DNA of 36,596 nucleotides from Thermoproteota archaeon (GTDB taxonomy: Archaea; Thermoproteota; EX4484-205; JAAOZP01): the NCBI GenBank assembly GCA_049700215.1, contig JBNAVT010000022.1, forward strand, positions 1 through 36,596. Direction: 5' to 3'. The notes beneath the pieces are model-generated. The model was not told the origin of the DNA. It did no database searches and saw only the letters and a program-made list of their open reading frames with translations. The position numbers and the translations under genes are program-made. Positions 1 to 8,162 of this stretch are shown piece by piece; the stretch's first letter is position 1; the number at the start of each line of letters is the position of its first letter.

Positions 1-2
1 GC

Positions 3-746
3 AGGTATGAGGCAATAAGAGGAAGATTAAGAGGTAAAACTGTGATAATATACCGTTCCGGCAGCGTTGTTTACGACGAGGCGCTTAAAGAAGTCGGAAG
101 CATGCTTGAGGAGGCCCTCTACGAGCATTACATGAAGGCTGGCACGGTCGTTGGGTCAGATGAGGCGGGTAAGGGAGAGGCGCTCGGGCCGCTTGTTATT
201 GCAGCAGCCGCATTAACCCCCAGGCAGGCAGCATACCTTCAGTCAATAGGTGTGGCGGACAGCAAGATTGTTCCGGGGAACAGGATTCCGGAGCTTGCGA
301 GGAGAATTAAACATTTTTCACTCGGCTACAGCATCTTAAGAATCCCGCCTTTCAAGCTTAACGAAATGTTTGAGAAAAAGGAGAAGCACGGTAACTTGAA
401 CGATATTCTTGCGAAAGGACATTGCAAAGTTTTAAAGTCTGTTCTTTCAAAGATTTCTGAAAAGCCTGTCCAAATAATAATCGACAAGTTTGATTCAAGC
501 AAAACCAATAGGCGGACAAGGATTATTGAGAATGGCCTCGGTGGTTTAAGTGTCCAGACGGTTGAAAAAGGGGAGGTTTTCCCAGCGGTGGCAGCAGCAA
601 GCATACTCGCCAGAAACAGTTACTTGACATGGATAAGTAGAAACCTTAGCAGAGAAACCTTGAAGAGGATTAAGGAGGGAGACTATAGTGCCGTCGGAAG
701 CAGAGAGAGCCTTCCATACTATTTTAAGATGTGTTATTTAAAGTAG
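3..746 (+). CDS. rnhC: Ribonuclease HIII (type 2 RNase H with TBP-like N-terminal domain), 5'-truncated by the window edge
   Basis: The frame is open from nt 3 (RYEAIRGRLRGKTVIIYRSGSVVY, resembling the RNase HIII N-domain 'Y-x-SG' strand). Catalytic motifs GSDEAGKG, GVADSK, IIIDKF and KGE..AVAAASILAR; the fourth acidic residue is Glu (DEDE), as in HIII. Confidence 0.8.
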   Translation, partial: RYEAIRGRLRGKTVIIYRSGSVVYDEALKEVGSMLEEALYEHYMKAGTVVGSDEAGKGEALGPLVIAAAALTPRQAAYLQSIGVADSKIVPGNRIPELARRIKHFSLGYSILRIPPFKLNEMFEKKEKHGNLNDILAKGHCKVLKSVLSKISEKPVQIIIDKFDSSKTNRRTRIIENGLGGLSVQTVEKGEVFPAVAAASILARNSYLTWISRNLSRETLKRIKEGDYSAVGSRESLPYYFKMCYLK

Positions 747-764
747 AACCGCGTCACGGTTTTT
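747..764 (+). terminator. Possible terminator: short hairpin plus T-tract
   Basis: AACCG-CGTCA-CGGTT-TTT immediately after the TAG at 744-746. Confidence 0.35.
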
Positions 765-802
765 CATAACCCGGTGCCGGGGAAAGCTTAAAATTTGCCC
801 TC

Positions 803-1525
803 ATGCCTTCGATAACCGTGTTGACGGAACTGCTCTACATGGATGATTCATACATGAGGGAGTTCGACGCCAGGGTTATTGAAGTCCAAGGAGATAACGT
901 GGTGCTTGACAGAACAGCGTTTCATCCTAGGGGAGGAGGTCTTCCGGATGACTCGGGGGTTTTTCTTAGAGAAGAGGTGGCGGTGAAGGTTGTTCAAGTC
1001 TTCAGCGAAGGAGGGAGAGTCCTGCACTCAGCGCCTGGACACGGGTTGAACGTCGGTGATGCGGTTAAGGGTGTTCTCGACTGGGAGAGGAGGTATTTGA
1101 TCATGAGGATGCACACGGGTATTCATGCTTTAGCATCGGTTTTCAACAGGAGGATCGGGGCTTTAATAACTGGGAACCAGGTTAATGTGGATAAGTCTAG
1201 GCTCGACCTGAATCTTGAGAAGATGGATAGGGCTTTGATAGATGATGTTTTCAACGAGACTAACAGGGAGCTTGCCTCAGGGAGAAACGTTAAGATATAT
1301 TATCTTCCGAGGGATGAGGCTCTTAAAATACCGGGGATAGTTAAGCTTGCCGAGGCGGCACCGCCTAATGTTGAGAGGCTCAGAATAGTTGAGATTGAAG
1401 ACCTGGATATTCAGGCTGATGGTGGGCCTCACGTAGCCAACACGAGGGAGGTTGGGGAACTGGTTCTCTTAAAAATAGAGAATAAAGGGAAGAACAATAG
1501 GAGAGTATATTTCGCTTTAAAATAG
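803..1525 (+). CDS. alaX: Alanyl-tRNA editing protein AlaX (AlaX-M type); true start probably GTG 818 or TTG 821
   Basis: LYMDDSY, VLDRTAFHPRGGG, RMHTGIH (HxxxH), DIQADGGPHV, KGKNNRRVY. TATA-like CTTAAAA at about 787-793. Confidence 0.92.
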   Translation: MPSITVLTELLYMDDSYMREFDARVIEVQGDNVVLDRTAFHPRGGGLPDDSGVFLREEVAVKVVQVFSEGGRVLHSAPGHGLNVGDAVKGVLDWERRYLIMRMHTGIHALASVFNRRIGALITGNQVNVDKSRLDLNLEKMDRALIDDVFNETNRELASGRNVKIYYLPRDEALKIPGIVKLAEAAPPNVERLRIVEIEDLDIQADGGPHVANTREVGELVLLKIENKGKNNRRVYFALK

Positions 1526-1649
1526 GCTGATCCCGGCTTAAGGCAAGGTGAAGCATTTTCCAACTTATCTGCGGCCGGCTTATTCAGCTCGAAGCTTCTA
1601 AACGCGCTATGAGGATTGGGACTTTAGAGCGGTTCGAGTCGTTTACAGA

Positions 1650-2195
1650 TCATTCATATAATTCTGGCTTCAACTTTCTCGCCATTGCATAGATGAGAGT
1701 TTTTTCCCAAGCCTCTTGCCTGTCAACCATCCCGTTCGTAAGTATTCCGACAGCACCCATTTTCCTTTTAGTCTCCTTAATGCCTAGGATGTTGTCCATA
1801 ACATCTCCCAACTCCTCTCCTCCCAAAACCTTTTCCACAATCTTTTTCGGCAGCTCGATACCGCCGCCGTGGCCCACAGCTAGTTCGCCGCTTTTATCGA
1901 CCACAATACACCAGCCTGTCAGAAAATACCTGTCGAGCCTTTTGACGATTCCACCCTCCATGCCGATTCCCAAGTCGGCTTTAGCAAGCTCAATAGCGTC
2001 TTTAGCCCTTTTAAGGGCACCTTTCATGCATTCTTCATCAGATAGTGGTGTGTGCGAAACATCCGCCAGAACATCAAGCGAGATGATTTCAACATCACTG
2101 TAAATCTTCCTCATCACGTTTTCGACGGCCTTTACCTTAACGGGATTCTTTGAGCCTATTGCAATCCTGGTTCTTCCAGACTTCCCAATGCTCAA
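1650..2195 (-). CDS. yjjX: Inosine/xanthosine triphosphatase (non-canonical purine NTPase)
   Basis: GSKNPVKVKAV, GALKRA, GIGMEGG, ELGDVMD, GAVGILTNG..DR. Confidence 0.93.
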   Translation of the reverse strand: MSIGKSGRTRIAIGSKNPVKVKAVENVMRKIYSDVEIISLDVLADVSHTPLSDEECMKGALKRAKDAIELAKADLGIGMEGGIVKRLDRYFLTGWCIVVDKSGELAVGHGGGIELPKKIVEKVLGGEELGDVMDNILGIKETKRKMGAVGILTNGMVDRQEAWEKTLIYAMARKLKPELYE

Positions 2196-2357
2196 GAGAG
2201 ATTCTGGAGGCGACTCTTTTCACAGGCCTATAAACCTTTTCGATTATCGGCTTACTTACTTGAATTTAGTAGTTCAATCTTTTCTGGGAAAGAAGATCTG
2301 GGAGATGGGCAAGGGCTCCAACAATGTTTAAACAAGAATTTTTAAGGAAAAACAGGT

Positions 2358-2608
2358 TTGAGAAAAGGCGTGTGAGAGGCTATTCTGCTATTCGGCATTG
2401 TAAGTCTAATGGGGGATGTAATATATGAGGGGTCAAGGAAGATAGTTCCAGACTACGCGTGCTAGCCCTGTCGATCTACCGTGCGGCCGTGTCAGACCTG
2501 GTTGAGGTCAGCGTTAGGAGTTCTGCATACACGATGTTTAACACGGCGTAAGGGTTGGGAATGCTTTTAGGAGGCTTAGCACACGGGTTTTTCAAAGTCT
2601 ACTCTTAA
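2358..2608 (+). pseudogene. Remnant of an MFS transporter gene (large internal deletion, frameshift, internal stop)
   Basis: 2379-2456 reads AILLFGIVSLMGDVIYEGSRKIVPDY (MFS TM1-like). In another frame 2471-2605 reads SIYRAAVSDLVEVSVRSSAYTMFNTA*GLGMLLGGLAHGFF (TM10-11-like, TAA at 2549). Confidence 0.7.
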
Positions 2609-2649
2609 CCCATAAAGGTATTTAAGTACGAGAAGGCTTGGGGAGAACC

Positions 2650-3102
2650 ATGGTGGAGACTGTTCAAGGATTTAGAAGAGTGGTGCAGATCGGGATTGTC
2701 GTGAAAAACATTGAGCAGAGTGTAAGGGTCTGGGAGAAACTCCTTGGTTTAAAGGCTTCAAGCATAGTTGAAACCGAGCCTCAGGAGAAGACGGGCATGA
2801 GGTACAGGAGTAGGGCAGCCGGTGGAATGGCTAAGCTAGCCTTCTTCCAGCTTGAAAACATAACTGTCGAGCTGATAGAGCCCGTTGGGGGGCCCAGCAC
2901 TTGGAGAGACTTTTTAGAAAAACATGGTGAGGGGTTGCACCATATTGCTTTCAACGTTGAGAACATGGATTCTGTCAAGAACAGCCTTAGAGAAATGGGG
3001 GTGGACATAGAGCAGGAGGGGGTTTTCACAGGAGGCGCCTACGCCTATACGGATCCTGAAAGCCCCCTGGGGATCATAATAGAGCTCTTAACACATAATT
3101 AG
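2650..3102 (+). CDS. VOC family protein (methylmalonyl-CoA epimerase/glyoxalase-like)
   Basis: VVQIGIVV, VELIEP, FLEKHGEGLHHIAF, IIIELL. ATG 2650 preferred to TTG 2638; TATA-like TTTAAG at about 2621. Confidence 0.88.
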   Translation: MVETVQGFRRVVQIGIVVKNIEQSVRVWEKLLGLKASSIVETEPQEKTGMRYRSRAAGGMAKLAFFQLENITVELIEPVGGPSTWRDFLEKHGEGLHHIAFNVENMDSVKNSLREMGVDIEQEGVFTGGAYAYTDPESPLGIIIELLTHN

Positions 3103-3222
3103 CGCAAGCTAACCCCTTCTTTTTCCAGAAACCTATGCAGAGTGAAACTGAATTATTCCCTCTTAATGGAGGAAGGGCTCTACCGACAAGGTTAAAATCC
3201 CTGGGGGACTTAATACTCAGGG

Positions 3223-5568
3223 TTGGAAGTAAGGCTCTGGCTTCTGGATTTAAACGCGGAGCTCCTTTCAGGCGGAGATGTTGTTTTCCTCTGGGGGGTT
3301 TCAGAGGACGGTGGAAGGGTTTTACTTGTGGATGATGCTGTTGAAAACTTTTTCTTCCTGAAGCCTTCGAGCAGCGTTAATCCCGATGAAGCGTCGAGGG
3401 AGGCCTTTGCTGAAGGCAGTCGCTACGGTGTCACTAGGACTGAGGTTTGCACTAAAAGGATTCTCGGAAAACCTGTGAGAGTGGTTAAAGTATGCGTCGA
3501 CAGGTCTGACAATGTTGAGAGGGCTGCTGGCAAGCTGGAGAAGCTTAAACTGTTCGAAAAGACTTATGAAGGCGACATAAGGCTTTCAACAAGGTATCTT
3601 CTCGAGAAGAATATCACGCCATCCTCCTGGCTTGAAGCAGAGGTTGAAAGCAGCGGGGCGCTACCGTCTTTCTCCAACGTTAAAACTTTCAGGGTTAAAA
3701 CAGTTAAACCCTTAGAGGAAGAGAGGGTTCCTGAGCTACGCGTGATGACTATACACTTTCTAAAAGTTGGTGGAAAAGGCTCTCCCAAGCCGGAACATGA
3801 CCCTATTATTGCAATATCGACTTTCGACGGGAAGGAGGTAAGACAATTCAGATATGACGGGGAAACAGACAAGCATTTAATAGAGGATTTTCTAAACCAG
3901 GTGAAAACCTTTGACCCGGATATCATAGCAGGGTATGGGATAACTGAGGACTGGAGTTATCTCGCTGAGAGGTGCAAGAGGGTTGATGTTCAGCTGGAGG
4001 TTGGACGAAACTATGCTAAGCCTCATACAAGCGTTTTCGGACATGTTTCAGTAACGGGTAGGATTAATATCGATTTTTACCATAATGCTCGCGAAAACAC
4101 CCAGTTGACGGAGTACACGCTGGACGAGTACGCTGAGTCGCTTGGCTTAAGCGTCTCCAACAGGATTCCGGAGCACAAATACTCCGAGTATTTATCAAGC
4201 TCTTCTGAGGCGGAGAAGCTTTTCAAACAATCAGAGGAGTATGCTAAGCTACTATACGGGATTTGGATGATGCTGGGGGATTTCGCAATACAGCTTTCCC
4301 AGATCACTGGCCTACCTATGGATCATGTTTTCACAGCCTCTTCGGGGCATAGGGCAGAGGCCTACCTCATCAGGGAGGCCTACTCTCTCGGGGAGCTGAT
4401 TCCGCCGAGGGTGGAGAAGCCGTATATTCCTTACGCGGGCGGTCTAGTTCTGCAGCCGCGGGAAGGGGTTTACGAGAACGTCAGCGTGATCGACTTTTCA
4501 TCCATGTATCCCAATCTCATGCTGAAATACAATATTTCTCCGGACACGTATGTTCCGGAGGGTGAGGAGTGCAAGGACTGTTTCGTCTCACCCGAGTCTA
4601 AACACAGGTTCAGGAGGGACTATAGAGGAGTCTACACTAACATGCTTCACAAGCTTCTGGAGGCCAGGAGAAACGTGAGGAAGAAGCTTGAATCCGTTAA
4701 GCAGGGGAGTGTTGAACACAGGATTCTCGATGCTAGGCAGAAAGCCCTGAAGATACTTGCGAACACGCTTTACGGTTATGCCGGCTGGATTGGTGCACGC
4801 TGGTATCTGAGGGAGGTTGCCGAATCTGTTGCGGAGTGGGGAAGATACACGATAAGAATGGCTATTCAGAAAGCCAGGCAAATGGGGATGGAGATAGTCT
4901 ACGGGGATACTGACAGCATATTCGTTAGGGATGGTGAGAAACTTGGGGAGCTAGTGGGCTGGATTGAGCGTGAGCTGGAGATGGAGGCGCGGATCGATAA
5001 GAAATACAGGAGAGTACTTTTTACTGAGGCAAAGAAAAGGTACGGGGGTCTTTTGGAAGACGGGGGTCTTGAGGTTGTTGGCCTAGAGGTTGTCAGGGGC
5101 GACTGGGCGGAAATCGCTAAGGAGACTCAACTAGGGGTTCTCAAGACGATGCTTGAAACAATGGATGTTGATAAGGCGGTTTCCTACGTTAGGAGAATCA
5201 TAGCGGAAACCAGAGGCGGCAGAATCGAGATGGAGAAGATGATCATATGGAAGAGGATGACCAAGCCCCCTGAGGCTTACGAGGTCAGGGCGCCACACGT
5301 CTTGGCTGCGCTCGAGCTCTCTAAAAGGGGCTGGAGGATAGATGTTGGCGATAAGGTTGGGTATGTTGTTGTAAGGGGGTCTTCGAAAATAGGTGAACGG
5401 GCTAAACCCTACCAGCTGGTTGAGAAGAAGGATGTTGACTACGAGTATTACGTTAGGAATCAAATAGTTCCTGCGGCCATGAGAATACTTAAAGTGTTCG
5501 GGGTAGACGAACAGAGTCTACTGCAGGAGTCTAAGAGAGGACTGATGGCGTTTAGAGGGGTTGAATGA
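3223..5568 (+). CDS. polB3: Family B DNA polymerase, PolB3-like, with intact polymerase motifs and degenerate 3'-5' exonuclease motifs
   Basis: DFSSMYP (motif A), QKALKILANTLYGY (motif B), YGDTDS (motif C), KKRY, GLEVVRGDW. Crenarchaeal B3-type N-terminus WLLD..LWG. C-terminal PIP-like KRGLMAF. Confidence 0.95.
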   Translation: MEVRLWLLDLNAELLSGGDVVFLWGVSEDGGRVLLVDDAVENFFFLKPSSSVNPDEASREAFAEGSRYGVTRTEVCTKRILGKPVRVVKVCVDRSDNVERAAGKLEKLKLFEKTYEGDIRLSTRYLLEKNITPSSWLEAEVESSGALPSFSNVKTFRVKTVKPLEEERVPELRVMTIHFLKVGGKGSPKPEHDPIIAISTFDGKEVRQFRYDGETDKHLIEDFLNQVKTFDPDIIAGYGITEDWSYLAERCKRVDVQLEVGRNYAKPHTSVFGHVSVTGRINIDFYHNARENTQLTEYTLDEYAESLGLSVSNRIPEHKYSEYLSSSSEAEKLFKQSEEYAKLLYGIWMMLGDFAIQLSQITGLPMDHVFTASSGHRAEAYLIREAYSLGELIPPRVEKPYIPYAGGLVLQPREGVYENVSVIDFSSMYPNLMLKYNISPDTYVPEGEECKDCFVSPESKHRFRRDYRGVYTNMLHKLLEARRNVRKKLESVKQGSVEHRILDARQKALKILANTLYGYAGWIGARWYLREVAESVAEWGRYTIRMAIQKARQMGMEIVYGDTDSIFVRDGEKLGELVGWIERELEMEARIDKKYRRVLFTEAKKRYGGLLEDGGLEVVGLEVVRGDWAEIAKETQLGVLKTMLETMDVDKAVSYVRRIIAETRGGRIEMEKMIIWKRMTKPPEAYEVRAPHVLAALELSKRGWRIDVGDKVGYVVVRGSSKIGERAKPYQLVEKKDVDYEYYVRNQIVPAAMRILKVFGVDEQSLLQESKRGLMAFRGVE

Positions 5569-5621
5569 CATTAAAAGCCCATCTTTCTCTATTAGGTAAT
5601 AATTAACTATTGAGTAAAAAC

Positions 5622-5641
5622 TTAATAACTGGTTTAAACCA
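5622..5641 (+). promoter_or_regulatory. TATA box followed by a perfect 12-bp palindrome (candidate operator of the MNT-HEPN operon)
   Basis: TTAATAA at 5622-5628, TGGTTTAAACCA at 5630-5641, ATG at 5650. Confidence 0.5.
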
Positions 5642-5649
5642 TTAATTTT

Positions 5650-6393
5650 ATGGCGAAAGCCCTGCCTAACTGGTTAGCAGTCAAATACTTCAGGCTCCTC
5701 TCATCATTCGGCCTTCTTCCCTTCACGGTAAAGGATGCTGAGGTAGCTCTACTTTCAAAGAAAGCCCCACTGTTCCTGCACAAGATTTGCTCATATGGCT
5801 GGGCGGATAAGGTGGAGAGGGGCGTATACAGGGTCATACACCCGTTTATAGCTCTGATGGAGGCTTCAGGGTTTACTTGGAGGGATAAGGTGAAAAACAG
5901 GGATAGGTTGCTTGTGCTCGAGTTAGCGGTCGTTAAGCTTTTCGAAGTATTAGGATCAAGGCTAGAATCTATAGTATTGTTTGGTTCTTTATCCACGGGG
6001 AAGGCTAAGCCTGAGAGCGACATAGACCTGCTGGTCGTTGCGAGGGATCTGCCTAGCAAGTATGGTGAGAGAACAAGCATTATTCGCGAGGCCGTATCCT
6101 GCAGGCTAGTGGATGATGTCATAATCCATGCTTGGAAAGAAAAAGGCATGTATACAGATCTTGACATATTGTTGATAGACGTTAAGGAAGCTGGTGTAAC
6201 GCACCCGTTTTACCTCGACATGACTAAGGATTGTATAATCATCTATGATAAAAACGAGTTGATGTCTAGAAAGATAGCGGAAGTCAGGGAGAAGCTTGAA
6301 AAAATGGGTGCAAAAAGGTTTGAGGAGCCGGATGGGAGCTGGTACTGGATTCTAAGTCCCGAAGCTGAGACGGTTAAGGGTGTAGAATTATGA
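5650..6393 (+). CDS. Minimal nucleotidyltransferase (MNT) antitoxin with an extra N-terminal winged-helix-like domain
   Basis: LFGSLSTGKAKPESDIDLLVV (GS-x10-DxD). N-terminal FTVKDAE...GWADKVERGVYRV looks like a wHTH. ATGA overlap with the HEPN gene. Confidence 0.88.
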   Translation: MAKALPNWLAVKYFRLLSSFGLLPFTVKDAEVALLSKKAPLFLHKICSYGWADKVERGVYRVIHPFIALMEASGFTWRDKVKNRDRLLVLELAVVKLFEVLGSRLESIVLFGSLSTGKAKPESDIDLLVVARDLPSKYGERTSIIREAVSCRLVDDVIIHAWKEKGMYTDLDILLIDVKEAGVTHPFYLDMTKDCIIIYDKNELMSRKIAEVREKLEKMGAKRFEEPDGSWYWILSPEAETVKGVEL

Positions 6394-6833
6394 AGCTGGC
6401 AAAGTTGGCTGAAGACCATTTCAGGAGGGCAAGAGTTAGGGTTAAGAGCGCTGAACTCGCCTACTCTGATGAATCCTATCCTGACGTGGTTAGGTACAGT
6501 CAGGAGTGTGTTGAGCTTTCCTTGAAGGCAACTCTAAGGGCCGTGGGCGTGGAATACCCTAAGGAGCACGACGTGAGCAGGATTCTGAGAGCTGTCAAAG
6601 ATAGGTTTCCCGAATGGTTTAGGAGGGAAGTTGAGAAGTTGGGTGAGGTTTCTAGAGACTTGGCTGATAAGAGGGCACCGAGCCTGTACGGCATCGAGTC
6701 TCTAGGCAAGGCACCCAGCGACATCTTCGACAGGGGTGATGCTGAAAAAGCATTATCCGATGCTAAGTACGTTTTGAATACCGTTGGTAAACTTCTCCTA
6801 GAACTTCAAATAATACCTGAAAGCTATGTTTGA
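6390..6833 (+). CDS. HEPN domain protein (toxin partner of MNT)
   Basis: SQECVELSLKA, YPKEHDV, KRAPSLYG, DAEKALSDA. Coupled to the MNT gene by a 4-nt overlap. Confidence 0.9.
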   Translation: MKLAKLAEDHFRRARVRVKSAELAYSDESYPDVVRYSQECVELSLKATLRAVGVEYPKEHDVSRILRAVKDRFPEWFRREVEKLGEVSRDLADKRAPSLYGIESLGKAPSDIFDRGDAEKALSDAKYVLNTVGKLLLELQIIPESYV

Positions 6834-6879
6834 TGAAGACAAAGGAAGAGGCCGCGATTTTTCACTTATATGGTTTTAC

Positions 6880-7089
6880 TCAAAACTCTTCTATTTGAAC
6901 AGCTAAACCTTTACTAATCCCCTTGATTTGCATTATGCCTTCAACCCCTTGTTTTTGAAAAATAGTCTTAATGCTTTCTTCTAATTCATCTAAACTCCAA
7001 GCAGCCTTCCTGTAGGCCCATTCCCTGTAGCTTCCTTCTCCTGACAGTTGCAACTCCCTAGCCTGAGCGCGCGCTATTTCCGTTAGCAC
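6880..7089 (-). pseudogene. Isolated helix-hairpin-helix domain resembling the DNA polymerase X N-terminal (HHH_8) domain; probable gene remnant
   Basis: ELQLSGE..YREWAYRKAAWSLDELEESI...IMQIKGISKGLAVQIEEF matches the 'F/YR..AYRKAA...L..IPGIG..IA..I.E' pattern. Only 69 aa with a weak GTG start. Confidence 0.6.
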
Positions 7090-7253
7090 GTGCGAATCGC
7101 ATTTGGACGAGATACCGTTTTTAAGAACAAAGACTTAAAACTCTGCAAGATATCTGCTAGTTAAGGTTTTAAAGAAATCAAAACAGATTGTCTTATCTTC
7201 CTTATGGAGACACGTAAGATTAATGAGCCAACTAATATTTTAGTGACAAAGGA

Positions 7254-7709
7254 ATGTTCAGAAATGACTGCACGGTAAGGAGGGCTAGAGAAAGCGATTT
7301 GGAGACGATAATGAGAATTGAAAAGGCCTCTTTTCTCAAGTATCCCTACTCCTTCGAGGTTTTCGAAGAACTCTTAAGACGCTGTCCGGAATATTTTTTG
7401 ATAGCAGAATACAAAGGGGAGGTTTCGGGCTATGTTTGTGGAAGGCTTGTTAGAAAAGACATGGGAGAAGTCGTATCCATAGCTGTTGAGCCAAGGTTAA
7501 GGAGGAGAGGAATTGGCAGGATGCTGATGCTTGGGCTCGAGTCAAGGTTTAGGGCGGACCGTGTTAAAACCGTTCGTCTGGAAGTGGGTGTTGAAAACGA
7601 TGCAACTATACGACTCTACGAGTCGCTGGGTTATGAGACGGTTTGGTTAAGAATAGGATACTACCCTGATGGGAGCGACGCGTTGGTGATGGTTAAAAAC
7701 CTCTCGTGA
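7254..7709 (+). CDS. rimI: RimI/Ard1-like N-acetyltransferase (GNAT)
   Basis: IEKASF..PY, VVSIAVEPRLRRRGIGRMLM, LEV...N..IRLYESLGY, GYYPDGSDALVM. Confidence 0.88.
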   Translation: MFRNDCTVRRARESDLETIMRIEKASFLKYPYSFEVFEELLRRCPEYFLIAEYKGEVSGYVCGRLVRKDMGEVVSIAVEPRLRRRGIGRMLMLGLESRFRADRVKTVRLEVGVENDATIRLYESLGYETVWLRIGYYPDGSDALVMVKNLS

Positions 7710-7746
7710 AACAATGTTTATAATATTCGTCTGAGTGGGTTTAACC

Positions 7747-8145
7747 ATGACGGGCAGGATTGTCAGGACATCGGTCTCATTGCCAGGGGATTTGATAAAA
7801 GAGCTTGACAAGTTCGTGGATTCGATTAAATCCGACAGGTCTAAGGTTGTTCAGCAAGCGTTAAGGAATTTTTTAAGCATACCGCATGAGGAGGATGATA
7901 TGGTTTCAGGCTCCCTGATGATAGTTTACAGCCATGACAAACCTAGCCTAGAAGAAGAGTTGACAGATATCCAGCATAGATTCATCAGCCTGATTATTTC
8001 AAACATCCACATTCATTTAGACGAGCATAGATGCATGTTAACGATATTTGTAAAAGGAAGCTTCAAGGATGTTCAGAGCCTGATGAGAAGGATTACGGGC
8101 AGGAGAGGCGTGTTAATGGTCAGAGAGTCACTGGTGCGGCTTTGA
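7747..8145 (+). CDS. nikR: NikR-family nickel-responsive regulator (RHH plus NikR_C)
   Basis: RTSVSLP..L..ELD, DRSKVVQQALR (RHH). Metal ligands in IQH and HIHLDEHRC. TATA TTTATAAT at about 7717. Confidence 0.85.
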   Translation: MTGRIVRTSVSLPGDLIKELDKFVDSIKSDRSKVVQQALRNFLSIPHEEDDMVSGSLMIVYSHDKPSLEEELTDIQHRFISLIISNIHIHLDEHRCMLTIFVKGSFKDVQSLMRRITGRRGVLMVRESLVRL

Positions 8146-8162
8146 AATAAATAGTTAGGGGA

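Noticed and set aside
1626-1645. GGTTCGAGTC resembling a tRNA T-loop
   Set aside because: The flanks do not form a T-stem, and no acceptor or anticodon arm can be built.
3135-3335. 66-aa ORF overlapping the polB3 start
   Set aside because: Same strand but a different frame, spanning the polB3 promoter, with no protein-like features.
3223-5568. Casposon, viral or intein-containing polymerase
   Set aside because: Normal cellular PolB3 length with contiguous motifs; no cas1, integrase, terminal repeats or capsid genes nearby.
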